Positions 26,004 through 36,388 of a stretch of 51,819 bases of DNA are shown here, one piece after another. How positions within the stretch are numbered: the first letter of the stretch is position 1; the number at the start of each line of letters is the position of its first letter. The stretch comes from a phage. Location: the NCBI GenBank assembly GCA_020279385.1, contig GCA_020279385.1_4133.1, one strand, 5' to 3'. Under the pieces are notes generated by a model, which saw only the letters and a list, made by a program, of their open reading frames with translations, was not told where the DNA came from and did not search any database. The position numbers were made by a program, and so were the translations under genes.

Positions 26004-26317
26004 AACGGGCGGTTTATCTGTACTACCAGAAGCCGCCCACAGATGCAGAGCTTGAGGCCGTAGGTTTAACCCGCGCAGACTATGAAGGCGAGGAACCGCC
26101 GGAAGTTATATTTGATGAATCAATGATGCAGTCATGGGATGTATTCTGCGCAATGCAGACTCAATGGCGATCTGCTGGTGGCGGCGCTTATGGCCTTGAT
26201 TACAATGTTTTGCCTATGTTGTTCAAAATCTATAGAATAGACGATGAAGAAATGGCATTGAACGACTTGCGGATCATGGAAAGTAAAGCGCTCGAAATGA
26301 TGCACGCAGGAAAATAA
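25689..26317 (+). CDS. Tail assembly chaperone -1 frameshift product (GT-like)
   Basis: Slippery heptamer AAAAAAC at 25994-26000; the -1 frame is open from the slip site to the stop at 26317. Confidence 0.5.
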
Positions 26318-26359
26318 ACGAGCGCCTTTTGGCGCTCTTTTCTTATCTGGAGGTACTTA

Positions 26360-29263
26360 ATGGCGGAACAATACGCAGGCTTGACGTTAGGCGTTGACGT
26401 TCAGCAGGTAAACAACGCAGTTAAATCCCTGAGGGATTTTAAGACCGCTTCCGAGGGTGCGGCTGATGGTCTTGAGTCTTTCGTCAATGAGGAGCAGATT
26501 GCACGACAGAGAGCCAAAGATTTGGCCTCCGAGCTTGCAAAGCAGAGAAAGGAATTTCAGAGCGTACAGGCCGCAATAGATCCGACTGCGGCAAAAATGG
26601 AGCGACTAAAGGTTGCGGCGGCTGATCTTGATAAGCTTTGGAAAAAGGGAGTGGTTCCAGACGAGACTTTTTTCAAGCTAAGCGAAATGATTGAGGCTCA
26701 GAGCAACAAGCTAGCGATAAACCGAAGGGCTTTAACCGAAGAAGGGAGAGCGGCGCTTGAGGAGTCAAAGCAGAAAGCAAAGGCTGCGGCTGAGGCTCAG
26801 AAATTCATTGCTGCGCTTGAAGCGCAATCGGCTGCGGCTGGCAAGACGCAATCCGAACTGATGGAAATGAAAGCGGCTCAACTTGGTGTAAGTGCTCAGG
26901 CCGCGCCATTCATTGCACAGCTTAAAGCGCAAGAAAAACAGATGAAGTTAACCGGAATTAGCGCAGGGCAATATAACCAGGCCATGCGAATGCTTCCGGC
27001 TCAGATCACTGATGTTGTAACGTCTCTGGCTTCCGGTATGCCTATTTGGTTGGTTGCAATCCAGCAGGGTGGACAGATTAAAGATTCTTTCGGCGGCGTT
27101 GGTAATACGTTTAAAGCGTTGTTGTCGTTTCTGAATCCGGTAAACGTTGGCCTTGCAGCCTTAGCCGTTTCAATGGGTGCTCTTGTTAAGGCTGGTTATG
27201 ATGCGTATAAATCACAACGTGACTTGCAAGAGGCATTGGTTCTGACTGGTGGATATGCTGGCACAAGCGGCGCACAGTTTGATAAGCTGGCGCAGGACAT
27301 TAATAACAGCACTGATGCGACGATAGGAAATATCCGATCCATCGCAACAGATCTTGCAAAGTCCGGCAAGTTCACGATTGATCAGATTAAAGCAATCACG
27401 AAAACCACCGCTCAGTGGTCAACTGTAACTGGTGAATCAAGTGACAAGATAACCGATTACTTTAATAAGATTGCTGGAGATCCGGTTAAAGGTCTTGCAG
27501 AGCTAAACGAGCAATTCAACTTTTTAAGCGAAGGGCAGTTAACTTACATTGCAGATCTTGAGAAAACGAAAGGCAAGACAGAAGCAGTAACGACGGCAAC
27601 AAAGTTATTTGCTGATGTTATGGATCAGAGGTTAGCTGAACTGGCGGACTCCGCAACGCCATTAGAAAAGATGTGGACTGACATTAAAAAATGGGCGTCA
27701 GATGCTTGGGGTTGGGTTGGTGATCATACTCTGGCGGCGCTTAACCTGATCATTGACGTTGTAGCTGGAACGGTTGAGCAGGTTCGTTATTTGCTTAATC
27801 AGGGTGATATTCTCATTGGTGAGTTTATTGTATCTGCAACAAAGGCTATGCAAAAAATACCTGGTCTTAATGGCGTTGGTGACTCAGTAATTGCACAGCA
27901 ACAGAATATTATCAATAACGCTAAGGAGAACAATAAGGAGCTATTAAAATCAATTGCCGAACGTAACGAGCGAGTCAAAAAAGGCGAGCAGGGTTACATT
28001 GACATGATGAAAAATCGTGCAGCGGTTGAACAGCAATATGCGACAAAAACAAAAGAGAATATCAGGAAGGAAGCCGAGGAATTAGCTAAGCGCGATAAAA
28101 AGCAAAAGGCTGAAAAAGCTAAGGTATCGGCTGGCGATAAGCTGGAAGAACAATATCAGCGTGATATCCTTGCGCTAGAAACTCAATTAAGAGTTTTGAA
28201 AGAGCACAAGACGATCACAGATACCATAAGCCAGCAACGTAAATCTTTATGGGCTGAACAAGCTAAAATTCAGATTTTGCAAGAAGCCTCAACAAAACGG
28301 CAACTTACTGATGAAGAAAAAAGCATTTTAGCCAACAAAGATAAGATCCTGGCGATGGCTGAACAAAAAGCTATTTTGGGCGATCAGATTGTTGCGCAAA
28401 CGCGCCTTAATCAGTTGCAAGATAGCTCAATCAAGTTTATCCAGCAGCAGAAAGCAGCAACGGAAGCACTAGCAAAAACCAGAGGGTTAAGCGAGCGTGA
28501 AGCAGCAAGAGCGGCGGAACGTGCAAAAGTTGAGGCTGATTATCTTGCAAAAGGAGGCAAGGAAGGAGATCCGCAACTCACAGCAATGATGGATGCATTA
28601 GACAATCGCTATAAAGAGGAAGATGCCAAACGTGCTGATTGGTTGGCTGGCGCTAAAAATGCCTTTGCGGAGTACGGCGAGGAAGCAATGAACATGTATG
28701 ATAATGTCGGCAACATTGCGAGCCAGGCGCTAAACGGCCTATCGCAACAAATGACTGATTTTTTGACTACTGGACAAGCCAGCTTCAAAGACTTTGCAAA
28801 ATCGATCATTAGCATGATTGTTGAGATGATCACAAAAATGGTTATCTTCAATAGCATTTCCGGCATGATGGGAGGCTCAACGTGGACTATGGGATCTCTA
28901 ATGAGCGGCTTCTCGTCTGGTGGGTACACTGGCGACGGCGGCAAGTATGATCCGGCTGGCATTGTTCACAAAGGCGAGTTTGTTTTCACTAAGGAAGCAA
29001 CGCAGCGAATCGGCGCTCGCAACCTTTACCGCCTGATGCGTGGATATGCAAACGGCGGCAGCGTTGGCGGCTCAGGTTACAGCAGGGCTTCAACTGGCGG
29101 CACTGGACTTGCTTACTCGTTCGGTGATATCAACGTTGATATCAACAACGGGAACGATCCAAAAGGAATGGAAACTGGTGTTAGAATGCTTGTTGCTGAT
29201 ATGCTCAAGCGTGAAATGGGTCAAGGCGGCAGCATTTACAATTTCGTTATGGAAAGGAGGTAA
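26360..29263 (+). CDS. Tail tape measure protein
   Basis: 967 aa, coiled-coil rich N-terminal half, Gly-rich C-terminus. Confidence 0.85.
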   Translation: MAEQYAGLTLGVDVQQVNNAVKSLRDFKTASEGAADGLESFVNEEQIARQRAKDLASELAKQRKEFQSVQAAIDPTAAKMERLKVAAADLDKLWKKGVVPDETFFKLSEMIEAQSNKLAINRRALTEEGRAALEESKQKAKAAAEAQKFIAALEAQSAAAGKTQSELMEMKAAQLGVSAQAAPFIAQLKAQEKQMKLTGISAGQYNQAMRMLPAQITDVVTSLASGMPIWLVAIQQGGQIKDSFGGVGNTFKALLSFLNPVNVGLAALAVSMGALVKAGYDAYKSQRDLQEALVLTGGYAGTSGAQFDKLAQDINNSTDATIGNIRSIATDLAKSGKFTIDQIKAITKTTAQWSTVTGESSDKITDYFNKIAGDPVKGLAELNEQFNFLSEGQLTYIADLEKTKGKTEAVTTATKLFADVMDQRLAELADSATPLEKMWTDIKKWASDAWGWVGDHTLAALNLIIDVVAGTVEQVRYLLNQGDILIGEFIVSATKAMQKIPGLNGVGDSVIAQQQNIINNAKENNKELLKSIAERNERVKKGEQGYIDMMKNRAAVEQQYATKTKENIRKEAEELAKRDKKQKAEKAKVSAGDKLEEQYQRDILALETQLRVLKEHKTITDTISQQRKSLWAEQAKIQILQEASTKRQLTDEEKSILANKDKILAMAEQKAILGDQIVAQTRLNQLQDSSIKFIQQQKAATEALAKTRGLSEREAARAAERAKVEADYLAKGGKEGDPQLTAMMDALDNRYKEEDAKRADWLAGAKNAFAEYGEEAMNMYDNVGNIASQALNGLSQQMTDFLTTGQASFKDFAKSIISMIVEMITKMVIFNSISGMMGGSTWTMGSLMSGFSSGGYTGDGGKYDPAGIVHKGEFVFTKEATQRIGARNLYRLMRGYANGGSVGGSGYSRASTGGTGLAYSFGDINVDINNGNDPKGMETGVRMLVADMLKREMGQGGSIYNFVMERR

Positions 29264-29265
29264 TT

Positions 29266-29619
29266 TTGGCTAACCTGGAAATGTTTAAGTGGTGTACACA
29301 AATCCAGAGCAGCGGCGGTAGCATGACCACTGAGGACAACGTTAGGGAGGTTGTTTTCGGTAACGGTTACACTCAAGTTGCATCCTCTGGATTCAACACG
29401 ACAAAGCGGAGCTTTACGGTTGTGTACGCTGGCGCTGATTACAAGGATGTGATCAGCTTTATGCAGAGGCATTTGATTAAGCCTTTCGCGTGGGTCGCTC
29501 CTGACGGAAATGCTGGATTATTCAGGGTTAAAACTGGAACAATCGCAGCTAAACCAATCTCCCCAACCACTCAGGAGGTAACGGCGACTTTCGTCGAGCA
29601 GTTTACCAGCATGGAATAA
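29266..29619 (+). CDS. Minor tail protein M-like
   Basis: Probable TTG start 7 nt after AAGGAGG; position after tape measure. Confidence 0.6.
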   Translation: MANLEMFKWCTQIQSSGGSMTTEDNVREVVFGNGYTQVASSGFNTTKRSFTVVYAGADYKDVISFMQRHLIKPFAWVAPDGNAGLFRVKTGTIAAKPISPTTQEVTATFVEQFTSME

Positions 29620-29624
29620 TCAAA

Positions 29625-29649
29625 GCCGCCTTTGTGCGGCTTTTTTATT
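29625..29649 (+). terminator. Terminator-like hairpin
   Basis: gccgcctttgtgcggc plus T-run. Confidence 0.5.
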
Positions 29650-29688
29650 GGTGCTACAATACGCAATTATCACAAAGGAGGTCTATCA

Positions 29689-30441
29689 ATGGCTACAGGC
29701 AAAGAAGAATTTGAAAACTGCTTACAGAGCCTTTACCCTGGCGAGATCATGACGCTTGTCGAGGTTGACGGCTCTAAGTTCGGCGCTGGCGTTTACAGGT
29801 TCCACAATGAGAACGTGCAATACACGCCGGAGGAGATTATGAGGGCGGTTGAGAGCGGCACGCTACCGCCTAAGGAAATTATTTTCCAGGGCGAGGCATA
29901 CGGTGCGCGGCCTTTCGGGATCACTGGTATTAGCTTTACAAGTGACGGCAAGGCCGGAAAGCCGGAGTTAACCCTGTCAAACATTGACAGCCAGGTATCC
30001 GCACTTATCCGATCATTTAATGGGATGATGCAAGCAAAGGTCACAATATGGGTAACGTCAAAAGAAATGATTCAGAGTGACGGCAGCGTAAAAGACGGCG
30101 CTTATCGTAAACTGGTCTACTACGTCGAGCGGCCTAGCTACTGCAACAAGAGCATAGCACGCTTTGAGCTTACATCGCCGTATGATATGGATGGTATAAT
30201 GATCCCTCCGCGAATCACTCAGAGCGTTTGCTATTGGGCGCAGCGTGGATGGTATCGAAGCGGAAAGGGTTGCAGCTATAACGGATCGCGAATGTTCGAC
30301 AAGGACAATAACCCTGTAACGGATCCGAGCCTTGACCAATGCGCGGGAACATGCACGGCGTGCAAACTGCGTTTTGGTGCGGATCAAGAGTTGGATTTTG
30401 GCGGCTGCGCCGTCGCATCACTTTTAAGGAGCTACCAATGA
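29689..30441 (+). CDS. Minor tail protein L-like
   Basis: C-terminal Cys cluster (CAGTCTACK...GGC); AAAGGAGG RBS. Confidence 0.7.
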   Translation: MATGKEEFENCLQSLYPGEIMTLVEVDGSKFGAGVYRFHNENVQYTPEEIMRAVESGTLPPKEIIFQGEAYGARPFGITGISFTSDGKAGKPELTLSNIDSQVSALIRSFNGMMQAKVTIWVTSKEMIQSDGSVKDGAYRKLVYYVERPSYCNKSIARFELTSPYDMDGIMIPPRITQSVCYWAQRGWYRSGKGCSYNGSRMFDKDNNPVTDPSLDQCAGTCTACKLRFGADQELDFGGCAVASLLRSYQ

Positions 30442-31154
30442 TTAGCGCAAAAATTAAACTGGAAATAATGCGCCACGCGCAGGACGTATACCCCGCCGAG
30501 TGTTGCGGGGTTGTAACCCAAAAGTCACGCGTCCAGCGATATCACCGAATCAAGAACGTGCATGATGATCCAGAAAATCATTTCTTGATGGACGCGGACG
30601 AGTACGCAGAAATTGAGGGCGGGGATCATGAAATTATCGCAATAGTTCACAGTCACACCGGAGACGGAGCAACCACGCTACCGAGCGCACACGATACTTG
30701 CATGTGCGATGAAATGGGCGTGACGTGGGTTATCGTTTCATTGCCAGAAGGTGATATGCGCATGGTGGAGCCTGCAACACGTCCTCTGATTGGTCGCCCG
30801 TGGTCGCTCGGTTCGTATGATTGCTGGGGCTTGATTATGGCGTGGCACAAGGAGCAAGGCGTGATCTTGAATGACTTTCGCAAGCCTTACGAATGGTGGA
30901 AGCCGGAGCATGGCGAAAATCTCTACCAGGAGAACTATCTGAAAGAGGGTTTCATTCCAACAGGCAAGGAGCCGGAGCCTGGCGATATGATCATAATGCA
31001 GCTTCAAGCGCCAGTATGGAACCATGCCGGAATCTACTTAGGCAACAATCAAATCCTGCACCATGCTTTTGGCAAGCTGTCAAGATCTGATATCTATTCT
31101 GGATGGTATCAGGAGCACACGGTAATGATTTGCAGACATAAGGAGCTAAAGTAA
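30438..31154 (+). CDS. Tail assembly protein K-like (JAB/MPN plus NlpC/P60-like)
   Basis: HSHTGDGA HxH motif then Cys/His peptidase-like segment; ATGA-coupled. Confidence 0.7.
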   Translation: MISAKIKLEIMRHAQDVYPAECCGVVTQKSRVQRYHRIKNVHDDPENHFLMDADEYAEIEGGDHEIIAIVHSHTGDGATTLPSAHDTCMCDEMGVTWVIVSLPEGDMRMVEPATRPLIGRPWSLGSYDCWGLIMAWHKEQGVILNDFRKPYEWWKPEHGENLYQENYLKEGFIPTGKEPEPGDMIIMQLQAPVWNHAGIYLGNNQILHHAFGKLSRSDIYSGWYQEHTVMICRHKELK

Positions 31155-31753
31155 TGCAGACACTAAAGAGAATTAAGCTTTCTGGCTCGCTGGGGCGGCG
31201 TTTCGGCGTTTTTCATGAGTTAGCCGTTGAATCATACCCCGAAGCGATTCGTGCGCTCTCCGTGGCGCTGGAGGGCTTTAAAGACTATATGCAAAGTGAA
31301 GTTGGATCGCGTATGCACTACGCTGTTTTTGTTGACGGGAAAAATGTAGGTCAGTATGACGAAAAGGCGTGGAAGTGCGGCAAGGAAATACGAATCATCC
31401 CGATCCCGTCCGGCTCAAAATCTGGCGGATTGTTCCAGGTTGTTTTAGGCGCGGCAATCATGGCTACGGCGTTCTTTACTGGCGGTGCATCGCTTGCCGC
31501 AATGGGCGCTCTCGCCTCCTCAGCGTTCATGATGGGCGGCGCGATGGTTTTGGGCGGTGTTATGCAGATGATATCACCACAGCGCGGCGGCATGCAGATG
31601 GAAGTTAAGAGCACGGAAAACAAGCCGTCCTACGCGTTCGGCGGAGCAGTAAACACCACGGCAGCAGGTTATCCGCTACCGCTGCCATACGGCTATCGAA
31701 CGGTTGGCGGCGCTATCTGGAGTTCAGGCAGCTACGCAGAGGACAAAGTATAA
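31154..31753 (+). CDS. Tail assembly protein I-like
   Basis: N-terminus MQTLKRIKLSGSLG; Gly/Ala-rich hydrophobic C-terminus. Confidence 0.6.
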   Translation: MQTLKRIKLSGSLGRRFGVFHELAVESYPEAIRALSVALEGFKDYMQSEVGSRMHYAVFVDGKNVGQYDEKAWKCGKEIRIIPIPSGSKSGGLFQVVLGAAIMATAFFTGGASLAAMGALASSAFMMGGAMVLGGVMQMISPQRGGMQMEVKSTENKPSYAFGGAVNTTAAGYPLPLPYGYRTVGGAIWSSGSYAEDKV

Positions 31754-31758
31754 ATCAA

Positions 31759-31782
31759 GCCCCGCATTGCGGGGTTTTTTAT
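31759..31782 (+). terminator. Rho-independent terminator
   Basis: gccccgcattgcgggg plus T-run. Confidence 0.6.
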
Positions 31783-31804
31783 TGGTTGCTATAATGCAAC
31801 CTCA

Positions 31805-31826
31805 AAACAGCACAAATTGTTAAAAC
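31805..31826 (+). promoter_or_regulatory. Divergent copy of the conserved intergenic element upstream of the J-like gene
   Basis: aaacagcacaaattgttaaaac followed by GGAGG RBS. Confidence 0.4.
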
Positions 31827-31840
31827 TGGAGGCCAAAACT

Positions 31841-34800
31841 ATGATAAGCGGCAATAAGGGCGGCTCCTCTAAGCCGTATACGCCAAAGGAGATGGAGGAC
31901 AACCTGATCTCCATCAACAAAATCAAGATCCTCCTGGCGGTTTCAGACGGAGAGGTAGACGGCGAGTTTTCGCTAAAAAATCTCTACCTTGACGACGTGC
32001 CAGTGCAAAACGCAGACGGCTCGCTTAACTATAGCGGTGTTAGTGCTGAGTTCCGGCCAGGCACTCAAACGCAGGACTACATCAAGGGGTTTTCAGACAC
32101 GTCAAGCGAAATCACGATTCAGCGAGATCTGGCGCAGAATAACCCTTACAGCATTGCGGTAACAAACAAATCACTATCTGCTATCAGGATCAAAATCCTG
32201 ATGCCTCAGGGCTACAAGCAGGAGAATAACGGCGATCTGGTTGGTGTATCAGTGCAATACGCGGTTGATATGGCTGTAGACGGCGGCTCGTTCCAGCGAG
32301 TTCTTACTGATACGATCACTGGCAAGACAACAAGCGGCTATGACCGAAGCCAGCGAATCGACCTGCCAGCATTCAACGAGCAGGTGATTTTGCGCGTTAG
32401 CCGAATCACTGCGGACTCTAACACAAGCCGAGTTGTTGACGCGATCAGATTGCAGAGCTATGCGGAGGTTGTTGATGCAAAATTCCGTTACCCTCTGACT
32501 GGTCTTGTTTACGTTGAGTTTGATAGCGAGCTTTTCCCGACTCAGCTACCGAACATTTCTATCAAGAAGAAATGGAAGCTGATCAAGGTTCCTGTTAACT
32601 ACGATCCAGATTCGCGCACCTATAGCGGATCATGGAATGGTTTATTCAAGACGGCGTGGAGCAATAACCCCGCCTGGGTTCTGTATGACCTGATCACCAA
32701 TCAGCGCTACGGACTAGACCAAAGGGAGCTTGGGATTGAAATCGACAAGTGGAGCATCTACGAGGCGGCTCAGTATTGCGATCAGATGGTTCCCGATGGT
32801 AAGGGCGGTTTAGAGCCTCGCTATCTTTGTGATGTGGTTATCCAGAGCCAGATTGAGGCGTTTAACCTTATCCGCGATATTTGCTCAATCTTCCGTGGTA
32901 TGAGCTTTTGGAACGGCGAGAGCCTTTCTATCGTGGTGGATAAGCCGCGTGATCCGTCTTACATTTTCAGTAATGACAACGTGGTAAACGGTGATTTTCA
33001 GTACACCTTTGCGAGCGAGAAAAGCATGTACACACAGTGCAACGTGACTTTCGACGACGAGCAAAACATGTACAGCCAGGATATTGAGGGCGTTTTTGAT
33101 ACTGAGGCCGCTTTGCGTTTTGGTCACAATCCGACAAGCATCACCGCAATCGGATGCACACGACGCAGCGAGGCGAACCGCCGAGGGCGCTGGATTCTCA
33201 AGACCAACCTGCGCAGCACTACGGTAAACTTTGCAACTGGTCTTGAGGGCATGATCCCGACAATCGGAGACGTGATCGCAATCGCGGATAACTTCTGGGC
33301 TAGCAACTTGACGCTTAATCTTTCTGGGCGCGTCATGGAGGTTTCAGGGCTGCAAGTTTTCCTCCCGTTCCGAGTTGATGCGCGGCCTGGTGATTTTATC
33401 CTGATCAACAAGCCGGACGGAAAGCCAGTTAAGCGCACTATTTCACGAGTTAGCGCAGACGGGAAAACTATTGAGTTAAACGTTGGCTTTGGTTTCGACG
33501 TTAAGCCGGACACGGTTTTTGCAATCGACAGGACTGATCTTGCATTGCAGCAGTATGTTGTCACTGGAATCACCAGGGGAGACGATACCGAGCAATTCAC
33601 GTACTCAATAACGGCGGTCGAATACGATCCAAACAAGTACGACGAAATTGATTACGGAGTGAACATTGACGACAGACCAACAAGCATTGTAAACCCTGGC
33701 GTGATGAAAGCGCCTGAGAATGTCCAGGTGTCCTCTTACTCTCGCATTGTTCAGGGGCAGAGCGTAGAGACGATGGTTGTTAGCTGGGATAAGGTCGAAT
33801 ATGCAAGCTTGTACGAGGTGCAATGGAGGAAGGACAATAGCAACTGGCTAAACGTTCCTCAGACTGCAAACAAAGAGGTTAGCGTTGAGGGTATTTACTC
33901 AGGCAACTACTTTGTGAGGGTGCGATCTGTTTCTGCATCCGGCAGCACTTCCCCGTGGTCAAAGATTGCAACCGCAACCCTGACAGGTAAAGTTGGCGAG
34001 CCAGGAGCGCCGATTAATCTTACAGCTTCTGATAATGAAGTTTTTGGCATTCGTGTCAAATGGGGTATGCCGGAAGGGTCAGGAGATACGGCTTACATAG
34101 AGCTTCACCAATCGCCAGATGGAGCGGTGGAAAACTCAAGTTTGCTTACGCTGATCCCGTATCCTCAATATGAGTATTGGCATAGCACGTTACCAGCGGG
34201 GCAAGTTGTATGGTATAGAATCCGCAGCGTTGACAGAATAGGCAACGTTTCCGGCTGGACTGACTTTGTTCGTGGCATGGCGTCAGATGATGTTGACTCT
34301 GTTTTAGGCGACATTCTGGACAAGATTTTTGATACCGAAGCGGGTCAAGAAATCAAAGAGAACGCCATAGACAGTGCAAACAAAATCAAAGACCAGGCGC
34401 AATCAATCATCCAGAACGCATTGGCAAACGATGCTGATGTGAAGTGGACGCGAGTACAAAACGGAAAGCGTAAGGCTGAATATGGTCATGCACTGGAGCT
34501 TATTGCTACCGAAACGGAGGCGCGAGTAACTCAAATCGAAGAGTTAAAGGCGTCAATTGATGAAGATATAGTTTCAAGTATCAAAACCGTTCAGGAAGCG
34601 ATTGCCAACGAATCAGAGACGCGAGCTACTCAAGTGCAGCAACTTGATTCTAAATTTACGAAGGAAATAGACGGCGTAAAACGAGATACGGCTGCAAGCA
34701 TTGGCGAGGTAAGGCAAACCATTACCAATGAATCAGAAGCGCGTGCGCAAGCCGTTCAGCAGCTTGACGCTAAGTTTTCGAAAGAGATTAATGACCTTAA

Positions 34801-35407
34801 CGATGCAATCAAGGTTGATGTTGAGGCGAACATATCAGAAGTAAGACAGGCTATCGCTAATGAGACAGAGGCAAGGGTTCAGGCTGACCAGGCTTTAACA
34901 GCCAAATTCGGAGACGTTGAATCAGCACTAGCCGAAAAACTTGATTCGTGGGCTAACGTTGATTCGGTTGGCGCTAAGTACGCTATGAAATTGGGCCTTA
35001 CTTACAAGGGACAGAAGTACAGCGCAGGAATGATCATGCAGTTGTCGCAATCTTCTCAAGGCTTGATCTCGCAAATCTTGTTTGATGCTAACAGGTTCGC
35101 GATCATGACTAGCTCTACTGGCGGAACGTTTACTTTGCCTTTCGTTGTTGAAAACAACCAGGTTTTCATTAACAGCCTGCTAGTGAAAAACGGGTCCATC
35201 ACAAATGCTATGATCGGTAATTATATTCAGTCGAATAACTTTGTTGCTAATCAGCAGGGGTGGAGGCTGGATAAAAATGGCAGATTTGAGAACTATGGTT
35301 CTACATCTGGAGAAGGGGCCATGAAGTTGACCAACGAAACGATAAGTGTACGGGACGCAAACGGGCGCTTGCGTGTTCAGATTGGTAGGCTTACTGGTAC
35401 GTGGTAA
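31841..35407 (+). CDS. Host specificity / central tail fibre protein J-like
   Basis: 1188 aa after the I-like gene; FN3-like segment; C-terminal coiled-coil repeats. Confidence 0.8.
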   Translation: MISGNKGGSSKPYTPKEMEDNLISINKIKILLAVSDGEVDGEFSLKNLYLDDVPVQNADGSLNYSGVSAEFRPGTQTQDYIKGFSDTSSEITIQRDLAQNNPYSIAVTNKSLSAIRIKILMPQGYKQENNGDLVGVSVQYAVDMAVDGGSFQRVLTDTITGKTTSGYDRSQRIDLPAFNEQVILRVSRITADSNTSRVVDAIRLQSYAEVVDAKFRYPLTGLVYVEFDSELFPTQLPNISIKKKWKLIKVPVNYDPDSRTYSGSWNGLFKTAWSNNPAWVLYDLITNQRYGLDQRELGIEIDKWSIYEAAQYCDQMVPDGKGGLEPRYLCDVVIQSQIEAFNLIRDICSIFRGMSFWNGESLSIVVDKPRDPSYIFSNDNVVNGDFQYTFASEKSMYTQCNVTFDDEQNMYSQDIEGVFDTEAALRFGHNPTSITAIGCTRRSEANRRGRWILKTNLRSTTVNFATGLEGMIPTIGDVIAIADNFWASNLTLNLSGRVMEVSGLQVFLPFRVDARPGDFILINKPDGKPVKRTISRVSADGKTIELNVGFGFDVKPDTVFAIDRTDLALQQYVVTGITRGDDTEQFTYSITAVEYDPNKYDEIDYGVNIDDRPTSIVNPGVMKAPENVQVSSYSRIVQGQSVETMVVSWDKVEYASLYEVQWRKDNSNWLNVPQTANKEVSVEGIYSGNYFVRVRSVSASGSTSPWSKIATATLTGKVGEPGAPINLTASDNEVFGIRVKWGMPEGSGDTAYIELHQSPDGAVENSSLLTLIPYPQYEYWHSTLPAGQVVWYRIRSVDRIGNVSGWTDFVRGMASDDVDSVLGDILDKIFDTEAGQEIKENAIDSANKIKDQAQSIIQNALANDADVKWTRVQNGKRKAEYGHALELIATETEARVTQIEELKASIDEDIVSSIKTVQEAIANESETRATQVQQLDSKFTKEIDGVKRDTAASIGEVRQTITNESEARAQAVQQLDAKFSKEINDLNDAIKVDVEANISEVRQAIANETEARVQADQALTAKFGDVESALAEKLDSWANVDSVGAKYAMKLGLTYKGQKYSAGMIMQLSQSSQGLISQILFDANRFAIMTSSTGGTFTLPFVVENNQVFINSLLVKNGSITNAMIGNYIQSNNFVANQQGWRLDKNGRFENYGSTSGEGAMKLTNETISVRDANGRLRVQIGRLTGTW
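34510..34920 (+). repeat. In-frame tandem repeats (about 42 aa each) in J-like C-terminus
   Basis: ANESETRATQVQQLDSKFTKEI / TNESEARAQAVQQLDAKFSKEI / ANETEARVQADQALTAKFGD. Confidence 0.6.
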
Positions 35408-35450
35408 AATCAAAGCGGGGCGCTTGCCCCGCATTTATGGAGGTTTAATA

Positions 35451-35762
35451 ATGGCTGAATATGGAATATCAACATGGGATGCAAACGGAAAATATAACAA
35501 CTACGGCATCAAGCCATCCGTTGTTGTTGGAATGTTCTCGCTTTCTACAGGCCAGGTTTCTGGCAGTTATACGTTTAATGTTCCTTCTGGATATAAACTA
35601 TCATACGCAATATCCCTTGATGAAGGTAGCAGCGCCGGAGATAGGAGAAAAATCACAATATCAGGCAACAAAATTACTATTTCAAATGCTGGATCATCAA
35701 TAGGTGCTGACATATGGCCTACAACAAAATGCGATGTTGTTGTTTTTTTGGAGACTGCATAA
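35451..35762 (+). CDS. Hypothetical tail-associated protein (103 aa)
   Basis: ATG with GGAGG RBS; N-terminus MAEYG..W.ANG resembles the next gene. Confidence 0.5.
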   Translation: MAEYGISTWDANGKYNNYGIKPSVVVGMFSLSTGQVSGSYTFNVPSGYKLSYAISLDEGSSAGDRRKITISGNKITISNAGSSIGADIWPTTKCDVVVFLETA

Positions 35763-36353
35763 ATGGCACAATACGGAGCAAGTTTAAAATTATCCAATGG
35801 CAATGTTTTCGTTACTCCTGACGCAAGTCCTTTGTGCCTTTATAGGCGAATGACGCTAACGTCAAGTTACCAATCAGTGACAATTCCATCTGGTAAGCCT
35901 GTCATGTATTTTGCTCGTGACGCTGACGGAATATCAATGGCCTTTAGAAATTCAGCAACAGAATTGTTGGTTGGGCCTGGAAATGGAGTAGGTTACATCT
36001 TTACTATTTTTACTCCTTCGCTTCCAAAATATGGAATGGCGATCTGGAATGCTCAAGGTCAACTAATATTAACAAATGAATCAAGGATTCTTACAGATCT
36101 TGTAAAGGTTGGCACCCCTGGAAATAAAGGTGGAATATACATAGATCAGACTCTTACAGGTTCTTATGCGGTTGCGCCACAATTGCTTGGTGCTATTGTT
36201 GGAATGGGATCTGCATCTATTTATGCCGCAACAAAATATAACGGAAGCACTACAAGGATTTATGGCAAGGCAGCCGGACAGCCTCCAGGAGCTCAAGGTT
36301 ATATTAATCACGGAAATATAATTACAGCAATAAAGACTGATATTTACGACTAA
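35763..36353 (+). CDS. Hypothetical tail-associated protein (196 aa)
   Basis: Coupled to the upstream gene; shares the YG..W.A.G motif. Confidence 0.5.
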   Translation: MAQYGASLKLSNGNVFVTPDASPLCLYRRMTLTSSYQSVTIPSGKPVMYFARDADGISMAFRNSATELLVGPGNGVGYIFTIFTPSLPKYGMAIWNAQGQLILTNESRILTDLVKVGTPGNKGGIYIDQTLTGSYAVAPQLLGAIVGMGSASIYAATKYNGSTTRIYGKAAGQPPGAQGYINHGNIITAIKTDIYD

Positions 36354-36388
36354 TTAAAAAGGGGCTTTTGCCCCTTTATTTTTATTTA
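36354..36388. terminator. Bidirectional terminator between convergent genes
   Basis: A-run, ggggcttttgcccc, T-run. Confidence 0.6.

Noticed and set aside
28609-28962. Antisense ORFs embedded in long genes (for example 28609-28962 in tape measure; 32885-33127 and 33124-33636 in the J-like gene; 15986-16303 and 16908-17201 in terminase; 41701-42039 in tail fibre)
   Set aside because: They lie wholly inside longer frames with recognisable protein features, lack ribosome-binding sites and have atypical composition.
29632-29688. N-terminal extensions given in the ORF track (for example 29632, 30339, 31817, 35346, 38892, 48547, 15169, 6849, 17371, 9756)
   Set aside because: The track uses the most upstream ATG/GTG/TTG. 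In each case an internal ATG has a proper Shine-Dalgarno sequence and ATGA/TAATG coupling, and the extension would overlap the upstream gene or promoter.
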